Positions 27,974 to 41,760 of a DNA stretch of 64,000 nt are shown here, piece by piece. The notes below the pieces were generated by a model. That model did not search any database, was not told the DNA's origin, and was given only the letters and a program-made list of their open reading frames with translations. Positions within the stretch are counted from its first letter, which is position 1; every line of letters begins with the position of its first letter. Made by a program: the position numbers and the translations under genes. Location: assembly GCA_964016885.1 (NCBI GenBank), contig OZ024745.1, forward strand, positions 10,540,001 to 10,604,000, in the 5' to 3' direction. Source of the stretch: Eledone cirrhosa. Taxonomy: Eukaryota.

Positions 27974-28109
27974 TGGTGTTAGGAAGGGCATCCAACCAGT
28001 ATAATAATGGTGTTAGGAAGGGCATCCAACCAGTATAATAATGGTGTTAGGAAGGGCATCCAACCAGTATAATAATGGTGTTAGGAAGGGCATCCAACCA
28101 GTATAATAA
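27974..28109. repeat. 34-bp tandem repeat x4, derived from the RTE/SINE tail
   Basis: Unit tggtgttaggaagggcatccaaccagtataataa; the core matches 39080-39099. Confidence 0.93.
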
Positions 28110-28360
28110 ATGCCAAAATTATGAGCACAACAAATAAGAATTAATGAGGGAGAGACACCATCAGAGTTATCAGGTTTGGAGGTGAATATTGCACTTGTCT
28201 CACTTTGGTGGTGACATTTGTTTTTTATATGGTTTTTGATGTGTTTTCAACATATATGGTCTTGAAAACTGCCATAAATTAGTTATGACTGCAGTGAGTA
28301 GGACATTGACAAAGTGACAGGGTGTGGGGCCCTGACTGCAGTGAGTTAACAACATTTTAA

Positions 28361-28566
28361 CCCTTTAACATTTACATTACTCTATATATACTATTGTATT
28401 TTCGCCGTAAAGGCTTTATTTCTCATAATACCTCACATGAGATTTTGATATTATTTATTTTGAGAACAATGCCTTAACATCAGTAGGAGTGGCCAGTTAC
28501 AGCTGGTTTGAACAGAAAGAGGTGAAAGAATTCTGGCTGGATACGGCTGGTTTAAATGCTAAAGGG
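28361..28566. mobile_element. piggyBac-type MITE, copy 3 (opposite orientation)
   Basis: TTAA-ccctttaacattta ... taaatgctaaaggg-TTAA; interior is the reverse complement of 19231-19438. Confidence 0.88.
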
Positions 28567-28759
28567 TTAAATAGCAATCCAGTATAAACTACTTTAATTA
28601 TTCAACATCATATTTAAACTTTGAATTATAATCTTATTATTGGGATAGGTTGGTAAAGTAAAGTACCAGTAACACATTGGAGTCAATTTAATTTGCCCCT
28701 CCTCCCCCAATTATTGGCCTTGTACCTAAATCAGAAACCATTATTATTATTATTTTAAC

Positions 28760-28955
28760 CAGGCAGTGGATTGGCAGTATCGGTAGAGGGTTGGACGCCA
28801 TGCTTTGATGCATAGAGTTATTGCCCTTTCCATTCTGAGTTCAAATCCCGCCAAGGTTAACTTTGCCTTTCATCCTAGGGGGTCGATAAAATAAAGTACC
28901 AGTAATGTACTGGGTAATTGCTGGCCTTGTGCCTAAAGTAGAAACAATTATTTAT
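28760..28955 (+). mobile_element. tRNA-derived SINE family B
   Basis: A-box-like tggcagtatcggtaga and B-box gagttcaaatcccg, then central ttgcctttcatcctagggggtcgataaaataaagtaccag. A 3' partial copy precedes it at ~28645-28753. Confidence 0.8.
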
Positions 28956-29053
28956 TTTAACCAGTCACTATTATTATTGTCATCAGCTTTATTCCTCTAC
29001 TTGTTGCCATCACTACCAGCTCTGTCATCTTCTCTCAACATATTACTCTTCTG

Positions 29054-30248
29054 CATCACCACCACCATCACTGCCATCACCACCACCATCACTGCCATCA
29101 CCATCATCATCACCACCACCACCACCATCACCATCACAGCCATCACCACCACTACCATTGTCATCACTGCCATCACCATCACAGCCATCATCACCACCAT
29201 CATCACCATCACAGCCATCATCACCACCATCGCCATCACCACCACCACCATCATCACCACCACCACCATCACCACCACCACCACCATCGCCATCACAGCC
29301 ATCATCACCACCACTATCATCACCATCACAGCCATCACCATCACAGCCATCATCACCACCATCATCACCATCAAAGCCATCACATCATCACCACCACCAT
29401 CACAGCCATCACCACCACCACCACCATCACCACCACCACCATCACCATCACAGCCATCACCACCACCATCACAGCCATCACCACCACCACCACCATCACA
29501 GCCATCACCACCACCACCACCATCACCACCACCACCATCACCATCACAGCCATCATCACCACCATCATCACCATCACCGCCATCACATCATCGCCACCAC
29601 CATCACAGCCATCACTACCACCACCGTCGCCATCACCACCATCGCCATCACAGCCATCATCACCACCACCATCATCACCCTCACCATCATCACCATCACA
29701 ACCATCACCATCACAGCCATCACCACCACCATCATCGTCATCACTTTCACCACCACCATCACCACCACCACCATCACAGCCATCACCACCACCACCATCG
29801 TCATCACAGCCATCACACCACCACCACCACCACCACCATCACCACCACCACCATCACAGCCATCACCACCACCACCATCGTCATCACAGCCATCACACCA
29901 CCACCACCACCATTGCCATCACCACCACCACCACCATCGCCATCACAGCCATCATCACCACCACCATCATCACCCCCACCATCATCACCATCACAACCAT
30001 CACCATCACAGCCATCACCACCACCATCATCGTCATCACTTTCACCACCACCATCACCACCACCACCATCACAGCCATCATCACCACCACCACCATCGTC
30101 ATCACAGCCATCACACCACCACCACCACCATTGCCATCACCACCACCATTGCCATCACCACCACCATCATCACCATCACAGCCATCACCATCACAGCCAT
30201 CATCATCACCACCACCATCATCGTCATCACTTTCACCACCACCACCAC
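29054..30248. repeat. (CAC/CAT)n compound trinucleotide tract with internal duplications
   Basis: Direct reading; explains the poly-H/T/P ORFs. Confidence 0.95.
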
Positions 30249-31078
30249 TGACTATTCATTATCAGATATAATCATTATTGCCATTAACCCCCCCCCCCCT
30301 CCCTCTGACTCCATTATGATTGACCATTATTGATCATTATCATCATCATTATCATATGTCATCATCACCACCTCTTTACCTCTTTTCTTTTCTGTCTCTC
30401 ACTGCTTCCTCCCTCCCTCCCTCTCTCTACCCCCCTCACTACCTCCTCTCTCGCTACCCCTCTTTACTTCCCCTCTCTACCTCCTCTCTCGCTACCCCTC
30501 TCTCCCTTTATCTACCTCCCTCTCTCTTCCAAATTAGTTCTGATACAATCCTGGTTTTTAAGCCACCTTTAATGTCATCTCCTCTGAGAGTTTTAGTAAT
30601 TTGTGAGAGCTGATATTGTTGAAGCCCACAGAGGTGATGACAAAGGAACTCAATAAGTGAATGGATGATGGCCCTCAAAGACACACCCAACACATGCAAG
30701 CATGGAAAAACAACTCCCTCATATCACACTCCTTTTGTGGTCATATTTCTAACAAAAGACACTGCCTATAATTTCCAAATTATTTTGACAATTGTCAAGA
30801 ATTTGAAGGGTTATATTAAAATAACTAACTTAATCTGGTGTTTAAAACATAACTTTACAAAGGTTCTAACATAAAAATATGATGGAAGGTTTTTAGATAA
30901 ATATAGATACTTGAATTAATATTGTTATATTTGGAGAGGGTCATGTTATCCTAATATTGCCAAAAAATAGTAAAACACACTGCTTGATTTGGTTTTTGCT
31001 TCAGTATATTTATATAAATAATTTAGCTGGCAGTCAATGTTTATCATTAACCAACAGTTAAAAATATAAATGTAATTT

Positions 31079-31122
31079 ATCAAAGTTCTTTCGTCACACA
31101 GTTCTGTGACATCGTCAGTGAT
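31079..31122 (-). ncRNA. Minimal type I hammerhead ribozyme motif
   Basis: Minus strand reads ATCA CTGACGA T GTCACA-GAACTG-TGTGAC GAAA GAAC TT^ TGAT: intact core, 6-bp stem II, 4-bp stem I. Confidence 0.6.
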
Positions 31123-31459
31123 TATCGCTGTTTCCTCCTGTTGCGCATGCATTTGTGTGTGTGTATTAACAAATACATCTTACCTTAAATATTCCGTACC
31201 ATAGAAAGAGGAGCTGTTTCAGGTAGTTTGGTACCAAAAGGGTTAAGAAGGAAGGGATTTGTTGGATAAGGTAGTCTTAAATATATTAAACCTGAAACAA
31301 AAATATAGGATAGTCACAGCTTAAGTGTCTTTGATCATAGATCTGGTCAAGAGGACCAACGTAGGGCTAAACAACTAACAAAAGATTGATGTTATGGTGT
31401 CAGTCTGTTGATCACATGATTCTACAATAAAACCTTCCTACTACAGCCATTCTGTTGAA

Positions 31460-31494
<35 letters not shown>

Positions 31495-31734
31495 AACCTC
31501 CATCTCTGCTTTAGTTTGCTTGAATGTTTCACTTTCTATTTCACAGTTGAATAAATTGCTGTAGGAAAGGCATCAGCATCACCACTTCACATCTTCCATG
31601 CTTGCATGAGTTAGATAGGTTATCATGTTTAATGGCCAGACTAGTCAGATGACCATGTCTTATACATTCCTTTATGGCAGGGTTTCTATGATTGGAGGTC
31701 CTTCCTAATCCTAACCACTTTGCAGTGTGTTCCA

Positions 31735-32030
31735 GGTGTTTCATCATGGCACCACCACTAACACCTGATAGAATGCCTTGTTACTTTTCATCATGGCACC
31801 ATCACTACCACTTTACAGTGTGGACTGTACAATTTATCATGGCACTGGTACTACCACATTACAGTATGAGCTGAGTGCATTTTATCATAGTACCAGCACT
31901 ACCACTTTAGTGTAGGCTGTGTATATTTTAGCATGGCACCACTATTAACATCTTACAGTGTGTGCTGGGTATATTTTATTGTGGTATCACACACTACCAC
32001 TATACATTGTTGGTTCAGTGCATTTTATCA
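31735..32030. repeat. Old, degenerate ~47-bp tandem repeat
   Basis: Recurring catggcacc...actaccactttacagtgtg...catttta; preceded by the RTE-tail-like ccttcctaatcctaaccactttgcagtgtg. Confidence 0.6.
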
Positions 32031-32750
32031 TCACATTTATCTGTAAAAGGAAGTGTGCTGCTCATAAACTCTCTCCTATGAGAGAGCATGCCTGGAGAGA
32101 TTGATGTGAAACAGTAAAAAAAAAACGGTTGTTTGTATAAATGTGAACATATCCATAGATGTCTGTTTATTCCTTAAATATCCAATAAACTTTGAAGTTA
32201 TAGGAACAAACTTCATGCTAGGGCACCCTTCTTTCTAGGGGACTGATATCACCTTGGTAACTGAAAACAACTCATAAACTCAGTTTGCTGTGAACTTCTC
32301 TAGAAATGTGACTACTATGTAAGTGTATGCATGTATATGTGTGTGTATGTATGTATGTGTGTATATGTGTATGCATGTATATGTGTATGTATGTATGTGT
32401 TTGTATGTATGTATATCTATGTATGTATGTGTTTGATGTATGTATATGTGTATGTATGTATATGTGTTTGTATGTATGCTTGAACACCGGTTATAGAACT
32501 TGAAAGTTGAAAGAATATATGTATCTGTATACACATACACACATACAGATATACATACATTTATATAGTCTTACCCATACTAACTATATAAATATATATA
32601 TATATATATGTATATATCTATATCTGTATGTATATATATATAAAGCTGTTGACTTAAGAAGCAACAAGAAAGCTTGAAATGTGTGTATCCTAATGCAAAT
32701 GAGTAATGGTTGACGAAAGTTGCCCTGAAGACGGAAAATATTGGACAGAA

Positions 32751-35700
32751 ATAGTGGCTAGTGTTTCTTTAGTGTAGTGGTTAATACACTTTAACATGGT
32801 GGCTAGTGTTTCTTTAGTGTAGTGGTTAATACACTTTAACATGGTGGCTAGTGTTTCTTTAGTGTAGTGGTTAATACACTTTAACATGGTGGCTAGTGGT
32901 TCTTTAGTGTAGTGGTTAATATACTTTAACATGGTGGCTAGTGGTTCTTTAGTGTAGTGGTTAATACACTTTAACATGGTGGCTAGTTGTTCTTTAGTGT
33001 AGTGGTTAATACACTTTAACATGGTGGCTAGTTGTTCTTTAGTGTAGTGGTTAATACACTTTAACATGGTGGCTAGTGGTTCTTTAGTGTAGTGGTTAAT
33101 ACACTTTAACATGGTGGCTAGTGGTTCTTTAGTGTAGTGGTTAATATACTTTAACATGGTGGCTAGTGGTTCTTTAGTGTAGTGGTTAATACACTTTAAC
33201 ATGGTGGTTAGTTGTTCTTTAGTGTAGTGGTTAATACACTTTAACATGGTGGTTAGTTGTTCTTTAGTGTAGTGGTTAATACACTTTAACATGGTGGCTA
33301 GTGGTTCTTTAGTGTAGTGGTTAATACACTTTAACATGGTGGCTAGTGGTTCTTTAGTGTAGTGGTTAATACACTTTAATATGGTGGCTAGTGGTTCTTT
33401 AATGTAGTGGTTAATACACTTTAACATGGTGGCTAGTGGTTCTTTAGTGTAGTGGTTAATATACTTTAACATGGTGGCTAGTGGTTCTTTAGTGTAGTGG
33501 TTAATACACTTTAACATGGTGGCTAGTGGTTCTTTAATGTAGTGGTTAATATACTTTAACATGGTGGCTAGTGGTTCTTTAGTGTAGTGGTTAATACACT
33601 TTCACATGGTGGCTAGTGGTTCTTTAGTGTAGTGGTTAATATACTTTAACATGGTGGCTAGTGGTTCTTTAGTGTAGTGGTTAATACACTTTAAGATGGT
33701 GGCTAGTGGTTCTTTAGTGTAGTGGTTAATACACTTTAAGATGGTGGCTAGTGGTTCTTTAGTGTAGTGGTTAATACACTTTAACATGGTGGCTAGTGGT
33801 TCTTTAGTGTAGTGGTTAATACACTTTAACATGGTGGCTAGTGGTTCTTTAATGTAGTGGTTAATATACTTTAACATGGTGGCTAGTGGTTCTTTAATGT
33901 AGTGGTTAATACACTTTAACATGGTGGCTAGTGGTTCTTTAATGTAGTGGTTAATATACTTTAACATGGTGGCTAGTGGTTCTTTAGTGTAGTGGTTAAT
34001 ATACTTTAACATGGTGGCTAGTGGTTCTTTAGTGTAGTGGTTAATACACTTTAACATGGTGGGTAGTGGTTCTTTAGTGTAGTGGTTAATACACTTTAAC
34101 ATGGTGGCTAGTGGTTCTTTAGTGTAGTGGTTAATATACTTTAACATGGTGGGTAGTGGTTCTTTAGTGTAGTGGTTAATATACTTTAACATGGTGGGTA
34201 GTGGTTCTTTAGTGTAGTGGTTAATACACTTTAACATGGTGGGTAGTGGTTCTTTAGTGTAGTGGTTAATATACTTTAACATGGTGGGTAGTGGTTCTTT
34301 AGTGTAGTGGTTAATACACTTTAACATGGTGGCTAGTGGTTCTTTAGTGTAGTGGTTAATACACTTTAACATGGTGGGTAGTGGTTCTTTAGTGTAGTGG
34401 TTAATATACTTTAACATGGTGGGTAGTGGTTCTTTAGTGTAGTGGTTAATACACTTTAACATGGTGGGTAGTGGTTCTTTAGTGTAGTGGTTAATATACT
34501 TTAACATGGTGGGTAGTGGTTCTTTAGTGTAGTGGTTAATACACTTTAACATGGTGGCTAGTGGTTCTTTAGTGTAGTGGTTAATACACTTTAACATGGT
34601 GGGTAGTGGTTCTTTAGTGTAGTGGTTAATATACTTTAACATGGTGGCTAGTGGTTCTTTAGTGTAGTGGTTAATATACTTTAACATGGTGGCTAGTGGT
34701 TCTTTAGTGTAGTGGTTAATATACTTTAACATGGTGGCTAGTGGTTCTTTAGTGTAGTGGTTAATATACTTTAACATGGTGGGTAGTGGTTCTTTAGTGT
34801 AGTGGTTAATACACTTTAACATGGTGGCTAGTGGTTCTTTAGTATAGTGGTTAATACACTTTAACATGGTGGCTAGTGGTTCTTTAGTGTAGTGGTTAAT
34901 ACACTTTAACATGGTGGCTAGTGGTTCTTTAGTATAGTGGTTAATATACTTTAACATGGTGGCTAGTGGTTCTTTAGTATAGTGGTTAATACACTTTAAC
35001 ATGGTGGCTAGTGGTTCTTTAGTGTAGTGGTTAATACACTTTAACATGGTGGCTAGTGGTTCTTTAGTATAGTGGTTAATATACTTTAACATGGTGGCTA
35101 GTGGTTCTTTAGTGTAGTGGTTAATACACTTTAACATGGTGGCTAGTGGTTCTTTAGTGTAGTGGTTAATACACTTTAACATGGTGGCTAGTGGTTCTTT
35201 AATGTAGTGGTTAATATACTTTAACATGGTGGGTAGTGGTTCTTTAGTGTAGTGGTTAATACACTTTAACATGGTGGCTAGTGGTTCTTTAGTATAGTGG
35301 TTAATACACTTTAACATGGTGGCTAGTGGTTCTTTAGTGTAGTGGTTAATATACTTTAACATGGTGGCTAGTGGTTCTTTAATGTAGTGGTTAACACACT
35401 TTAACATGGTGGCTAGTGGTTCTTTAGTGTAGTGGTTAATATACTTTAACATGGTGGCTAGTGGTTCTTTAGTGTAGTGGTTAGTGGTTCTTTAGTGTAG
35501 TGGTTAATATACTTTAACATGGTGGTTAGTGGTTCTTTAATGTAGTGTTTAATATACTTTAACATGGTGGATAGTGGTTCTTTAGTGTAGTGGTTAATAT
35601 ACTTTAACATGGTGGCTAGTGGTTCTTTAGTGTAGTGGTTAATATACTTTAACATGGTGGCTAGTGGTTCTTTAGTGTAGTGGTTAATACACTTTAACAT

Positions 35701-38066
35701 GGTGGCTAGTGGTTCTTTAGTGTAGTGGTTAATACACTTTAACATGGTGGCTAGTGGTTCTTTAGTGTAGTGGTTAATATACTTTAACATGGTGGTTAGT
35801 GGTTCTTTAATGTAGTGTTTAATATACTTTAACATGGTGGATAGTGGTTCTTTAGTGTAGTGGTTAATATACTTTAACATGGTGGCTAGTGGTTCTTTAG
35901 TGTAGTGGTTAATACACTTTAACATGGTGGCTAGTGGTTCTTTAGTGTAGTGGTTAATACACTTTAACATGGTGGCTAGTGGTTCTTTAGTGTAGTGGTT
36001 AATACACTTTAACATGGTGGTTAGTTGTTCTTTAATGTAGTGGTTAATATACTTTAACATGGTGGCTAGTGGTTCTTTAGTGTAGTGGTTAATACACTTT
36101 AACATGGTGGCTAGTGGTTCTTTAGTGTAGTGGTTAATACACTTTAACATGGTGGTTAGTTGTTCTTTAGTGTAGTGGTTAATACACTTTAACATGGTGG
36201 CTAGTGGTTCTTTAGTGTAGTGGTTAATACACTTTAACATGGTGGCTAGTGGTTCTTTAGTGTAGTGGTTAATACACTTTAACATGGTGGCTAGTGGTTC
36301 TTTAGTGTAGTGGTTAATACACTTTAACATGGTGGCTAGTGGTTCTTTAGTGTAGTGGTTAATATACTTTAACATGGTGGCTAGTGGTTCTTTAGTGTAG
36401 TGGTTAATACACTTTAACATGGTGGCTAGTGGTTCTTTAGTGTAGTGGTTAATATACTTTAACATGGTGGCTAGTGGTTCTTTAATGTAGTGGTTAATAC
36501 ACTTTAACATGGTGGCTAGTGGTTCTTTAGTGTAGTGGTTAATACACTTTAACATGGTGGCTAGTGGTTCTTTAGTGTAGTGGTTAATACACTTTAACAT
36601 GGTGGCTAGTGGTTCTTTAGTGTAGTGGTTAATATACTTTAACATGGTGGCTAGTGGTTCTTTAGTGTAGTGGTTAATATACTTTAACATGGTGGCTAGT
36701 GGTTCTTTAGTGTAGTGGTTAATACACTTTAACATGGTGGTTAGTTGTTCTTTAGTGTAGTGGTTAATACACTTTAACATGGTGGCTAGTGGTTCTTTAA
36801 TGTAGTGGTTAATACACTTTAACATGGTGGTTAGTTGTTCTTTAGTGTAGTGGTTAATACACTTTAACATGGTGGCTCGTGGTTCTTTAGTGTAGTGGTT
36901 AATACACTTTAACATGGTGGCTAGTGGTTCTTTAGTGTAGTGGTTAATACACTTTAACATGGTAGCTAGTGGTTCTTTAGTGTAGTGGTTAATACACTTT
37001 AACATGGTGGCTAGTGGTTCTTTAGTGTAGTGGTTAATACACTTTAACATGGTAGCTAGTGGTTCTTTAGTGTAGTGGTTAATACACTTTAACATGGTGG
37101 CTAGTGGTTCTTTAGTGTAGTGGTTAATACACTTTAACATGGTTCTTTAGTGTAGTGGTTAATACACTTTAACATGGTGGCTAGTGGTTCTTTAGTGTAG
37201 TGGTTAATACACTTTAACATGGTGGCTAGTGGTTCTTTAATGTAGTGGTTAATATACTTTAACATGGTGGCTAGTGGTTCTTTAGTGTAGTGGTTAATAC
37301 ACTTTAACATGGTGGCTAGTGGTTCTTTAATGTAGTGGTTAATATACTTTAACATGGTGGCTAGTGGTTCTTTAGTGTAGTGGTTAATACACTTTAACAT
37401 GGTGGCTAGTGGTTCTTTAGTGTAGTGGTTAATACACTTTAACATGGTGGCTAGTGGTTCTTTAGTGTAGTGGTTAATACACTTTAACATGGTGGCTAGT
37501 GGTTCTTTAGTGTAGTGGTTAATACACTTTAACATGGTGGCTAGTGGTTCTTTAATGTAGTGGTTAATATACTTTAACATGGTGGCTAGTGGTTCTTTAG
37601 TGTAGTGGTTAATACACTTTAACATGGTGGCTAGTGGTTCTTTAGTGTAGTGGTTAATACACTTTAACATGGTGGCTAGTGGTTCTTTAGTGTAGTGGTT
37701 AATACACTTTAACATGGTGGCTAGTGGTTCTTTAATGTAGTGGTTAATATACTTTAACATGGTGGCTAGTGGTTCTTTAGTGTAGTGGTTAATACACTTT
37801 AACATGGTGGCTAGTGGTTCTTTAGTGTAGTGGTTAATACACTTTAACATGGTGGCTAGTGGTTCTTTAGTGTAGTGGTTAATATACTTTAACATGGTGG
37901 CTAGTGGTTCTTTAGTGTAGTGGTTAATATACTTTAACATGGTGGCTAGTGGTTCTTTAGTGTAGTGGTTAATATACTTTAACATGGTGGCTAGTGGTTC
38001 TTTAGTGTAGTGGTTAATACACTTTAACATGGTGGCTAGTGGTTCTTTAGTAGTTAATACACTTTA
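32751..38066. repeat. 45-bp minisatellite array, ~118 copies
   Basis: Unit atggtggctagtggttctttagtgtagtggttaatacactttaac. Confidence 0.99.
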
Positions 38067-38737
38067 ATACATGAAAAGATGAATGTAAAAGCAATGTTGA
38101 TGAGGTTATAAATATATAATGTTTGTGACCTACATGATAAACACCTCCTATACACCCTGTAAAGTGGTTGGTGATAGGAAGTGCGTCCAGTTGCAGAAAA
38201 TCCATCAAACTGTTGGAGACTCTTCCTTCAGCACTGTTAAAGACATGACAAACTTCTTAGTGCTGGTATTTCAGGAAAATACCTGTGTCAGCACTCAGTA
38301 GGGTACAAGTACGTGAGAGAGATGTAGGTTTCTGGCCCAGCCTGGGGTTACTACCTCCACACAGACAGGTGATGACCTGCCTAACCCTTGCTAGCAGAGA
38401 TGTTAAACAATGATGATGTGACACACAGGCTATGTTGGAATGCATTAGAAACACTCTAGTAGTGAGGTCGTCCCTGAGATATACAGCCATACCATCATAC
38501 GCTCTGGATTAACAATTTCATCCATTTTGGCATAAAATAAAAACTATCATATGTATGCTAGTAAAATAATAAAGGGATAAAAGAATGTCTGTATATACAT
38601 ATATATATGTGTGTGTGTGTATATAGGTGCTTATATATTTAGTGTGTATGTGTAAGTATCATCATCATTGTTTTAATGTCTGCTTTCTCTGCTAGCAAGG
38701 GTGTGTGTGTATATATATATGTGCATATATATGTGTG

Positions 38738-38805
<68 letters not shown>

Positions 38806-38842
38806 TATATACACACACACACATATATATATATATATATGT

Positions 38843-39184
38843 AGGAGGCACATGGCTTAGTGGTTAGAGCATTGGCCTTGCAATCGAAAGGTTGTGAGTT
38901 CAATTCTCAGACCAGGTGATGTGTTGTTTCCTTGAGCAAGACACTTTATTTCACATTGCTCCAGTTTACTCAGCTGTAGAAATGAGATGATAGAGACAGG
39001 GGTCCCTATCATTCCACTGCAAAGTGGTCGTGGAGGTGCCACGGCAAAAAAGCACCCAGCACTCACTGTAAATGAGGTTGGTGTTAGGAAGGGCATCCAG
39101 CTGTAGAAATCAAGCCAGTATCAGTTCCCGTCCCACCCTTGCAAGCAGGGAAAAAGCGGACGTAAAATGAAATGATGATGATGA

Positions 39185-39187
<3 letters not shown>
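38843..39187 (+). mobile_element. Full-length CORE-type tRNA SINE (family A) with RTE-derived 3' tail
   Basis: A box tggcttagtggttagagc and B box gagttcaattctc; CORE-like tccttgagcaagacacttt; tail ggtgttaggaagggcatccagctgtagaaa...gcggacgtaaaatga(tga)n; sits in (TA)n. Confidence 0.88.
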
Positions 39188-39221
<34 letters not shown>

Positions 39222-39266
39222 TAAACAAATAATGAATAAACAATTCCTTATATTAAACAAAAAAAG

Positions 39267-39420
39267 TTCATTATTTAACGATCGTTTCTAGGATATATAT
39301 GTGTTAGAATTGGCATGCATATTCAACAGATCTATGTACAAAATTATACAAAATTATACAAACTATCAAGATTAAATATACATACCAACACATATATACG
39401 CCGTCTTCAGAAATAATGAA
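39267..39420 (-). ncRNA. Type I hammerhead ribozyme with palindromic stem III and long stem II insertion (putative Naiad pLTR)
   Basis: Minus strand reads TTCATTATTT CTGAAGA CGGCG-TATATATGTGTTGG...CTAACACATATATA-TCCTA GAAA CGATCG TTA AATAATGAA. Confidence 0.8.
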
Positions 39421-39689
39421 GTATATTTATTGATAATAACAACAATTCAAAATTTCCTGGTCCGTTTGGGAACAAAAATTGACCAATGAAAACACAAAGG
39501 GTTAAATGCAGTTCGGTGTGTGTATATACATGTAAAACCCTTACACATATTTTACAAAAATGTATGTATAATTTGTATACGCATACTAAAAGGATGGATG
39601 CAAATACAAAATTTCAAGGTTAATGTCTCTGTAAGTTTATAATGCACAGATAAGATGCGTATAGAGACACAGATATGAAATTAAGTATA

Positions 39690-40085
39690 TAAATATATTT
39701 TTTTTCATACTCACACATATCCGTACAATCACACATACACGCGCGTATATGCATAAATATACACATAACCACGAACATACAAACAACACACACACACCCC
39801 CACTCACATTTATATATGTGGATATAAAATCATAAGCACATGGATATTAATTCACTCACATAAACACTGGCACACACATTTAGATCAAGATACAGAAATT
39901 AGGTGGGAGGGGGGGGGAGAGGTCAGTATTCAACGGTCTGAGCAGACTGCCTAATATAGATGTATCTATAAACTAAGGAAATAAAAAATAATAAATAATA
40001 AATAAACATTAAAGAGGAAAGAATAGAAAGAAAAAAGAAAAAAGAAATATATCAAGAAAACATATATACATATATATATATATAT

Positions 40086-40117
<32 letters not shown>

Positions 40118-40302
40118 ATACACACATATATATATACATATATATACACATAGACACACACACACACATACATATATATATACACACATATACAAACACA
40201 TACATACATATACACACATCCACACTAAGAACATACATACACCCACATATATAAACATATACATATACACACATACATACATATACACATATACATACAA
40301 AT

Positions 40303-40359
<57 letters not shown>

Positions 40360-40677
40360 TATGTATATACACATACATATACACACACATGTATATATAT
40401 AATCACACATACTATATAGACACACATATATTTAACCACACTCATACATGCACATATACTACACTTACATACTAATATACATACAGATATACACATACAT
40501 AGCTATATATACACACAAATATATACAGACTTACATACATACATACAGACAAATACTTACGCATCTATATATCGGTATATACATACAAACACCACTACAC
40601 TATCACACAACTTAGACATACAAAGAGAAAGGTATATACCTATACATACATACATATACAAATAGAAAAACATATAG

Positions 40678-40752
<75 letters not shown>

Positions 40753-40903
40753 CATACATATACACATACACACACATACACATACACACACATACATACA
40801 TGTACACACACATAGAAATATATACGCATACATACATACACACATATATATAAAGTCATACACACATACACCTACACGAACATACACATACACATATATA
40901 AAG

Positions 40904-40936
<33 letters not shown>

Positions 40937-40988
40937 TACACACACACACATATATATAAAAAAAATAAATAATAAAGATATATACGTA

Positions 40989-41044
<56 letters not shown>

Positions 41045-41385
41045 CATATATATATACACACACACATACATGCACACATACATAGACATACATGTACATA
41101 CATACACATACATAGATATACATACATATGTATATACACACATAGACATATACATACATACACACACAACTTACATACACACATATATATACATGTATAT
41201 TCATACATAGAATTAGATATATAATCATACATACATATGCACTTACATATACTCATATATACAAATACATACGCATCCATATATGCGTATATACATAGAA
41301 ACACCACTACAACCTCACCCAACTCAGACATACAAATAAAAATAAAAAGGCATATGCATATACATATATACACGCATTAATAGAG

Positions 41386-41449
<64 letters not shown>

Positions 41450-41678
41450 ATTCACATATATAAATACATACCCTCACACACATACCACCATAAATACACA
41501 TACAAACACCCACATATACATATATATACACACATATATATATATATATATATACACACCCATAAAAAACAGACATGCACATATATATATATTTTTTTAC
41601 ACTTATATATACACATATTATATACACATACACACCCTCACATATAGACACATACACATAAGTTATATTATAATAATA

Positions 41679-41743
<65 letters not shown>

Positions 41744-41760
41744 AACATATACATACATAT
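39690..41760. repeat. Compound (TA)/(CA) microsatellite-rich tract (probable Penelope 3' UTR)
   Basis: Direct reading; contains a duplicated island (accactaca...caact.agacataca) near 40590 and 41302. Confidence 0.8.

Noticed and set aside
28905-30333. His/Thr/Pro-rich ORFs
   Set aside because: Translations of CAC/CAT microsatellite, open in several frames and on both strands.
32719-32760. Hammerhead-like CTGAAGA...GAAA just before the 45-bp array
   Set aside because: No convincing stem II and no NUH triplet before the 3-bp putative stem I. It may be a decayed pLTR but cannot be supported.
32690-38030. Long minus-strand ORFs (MLKCINHYTKEPLAT)n of 290-616 aa
   Set aside because: A 45-bp unit is a multiple of 3 with one stop-free frame. 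There are no unique flanking domains or splice signals, and indels break the frame.
38843-38915. tRNA gene
   Set aside because: A and B boxes are present, but the sequence continues into a CORE-like domain and RTE tail with multiple degenerate copies. It is a SINE head.
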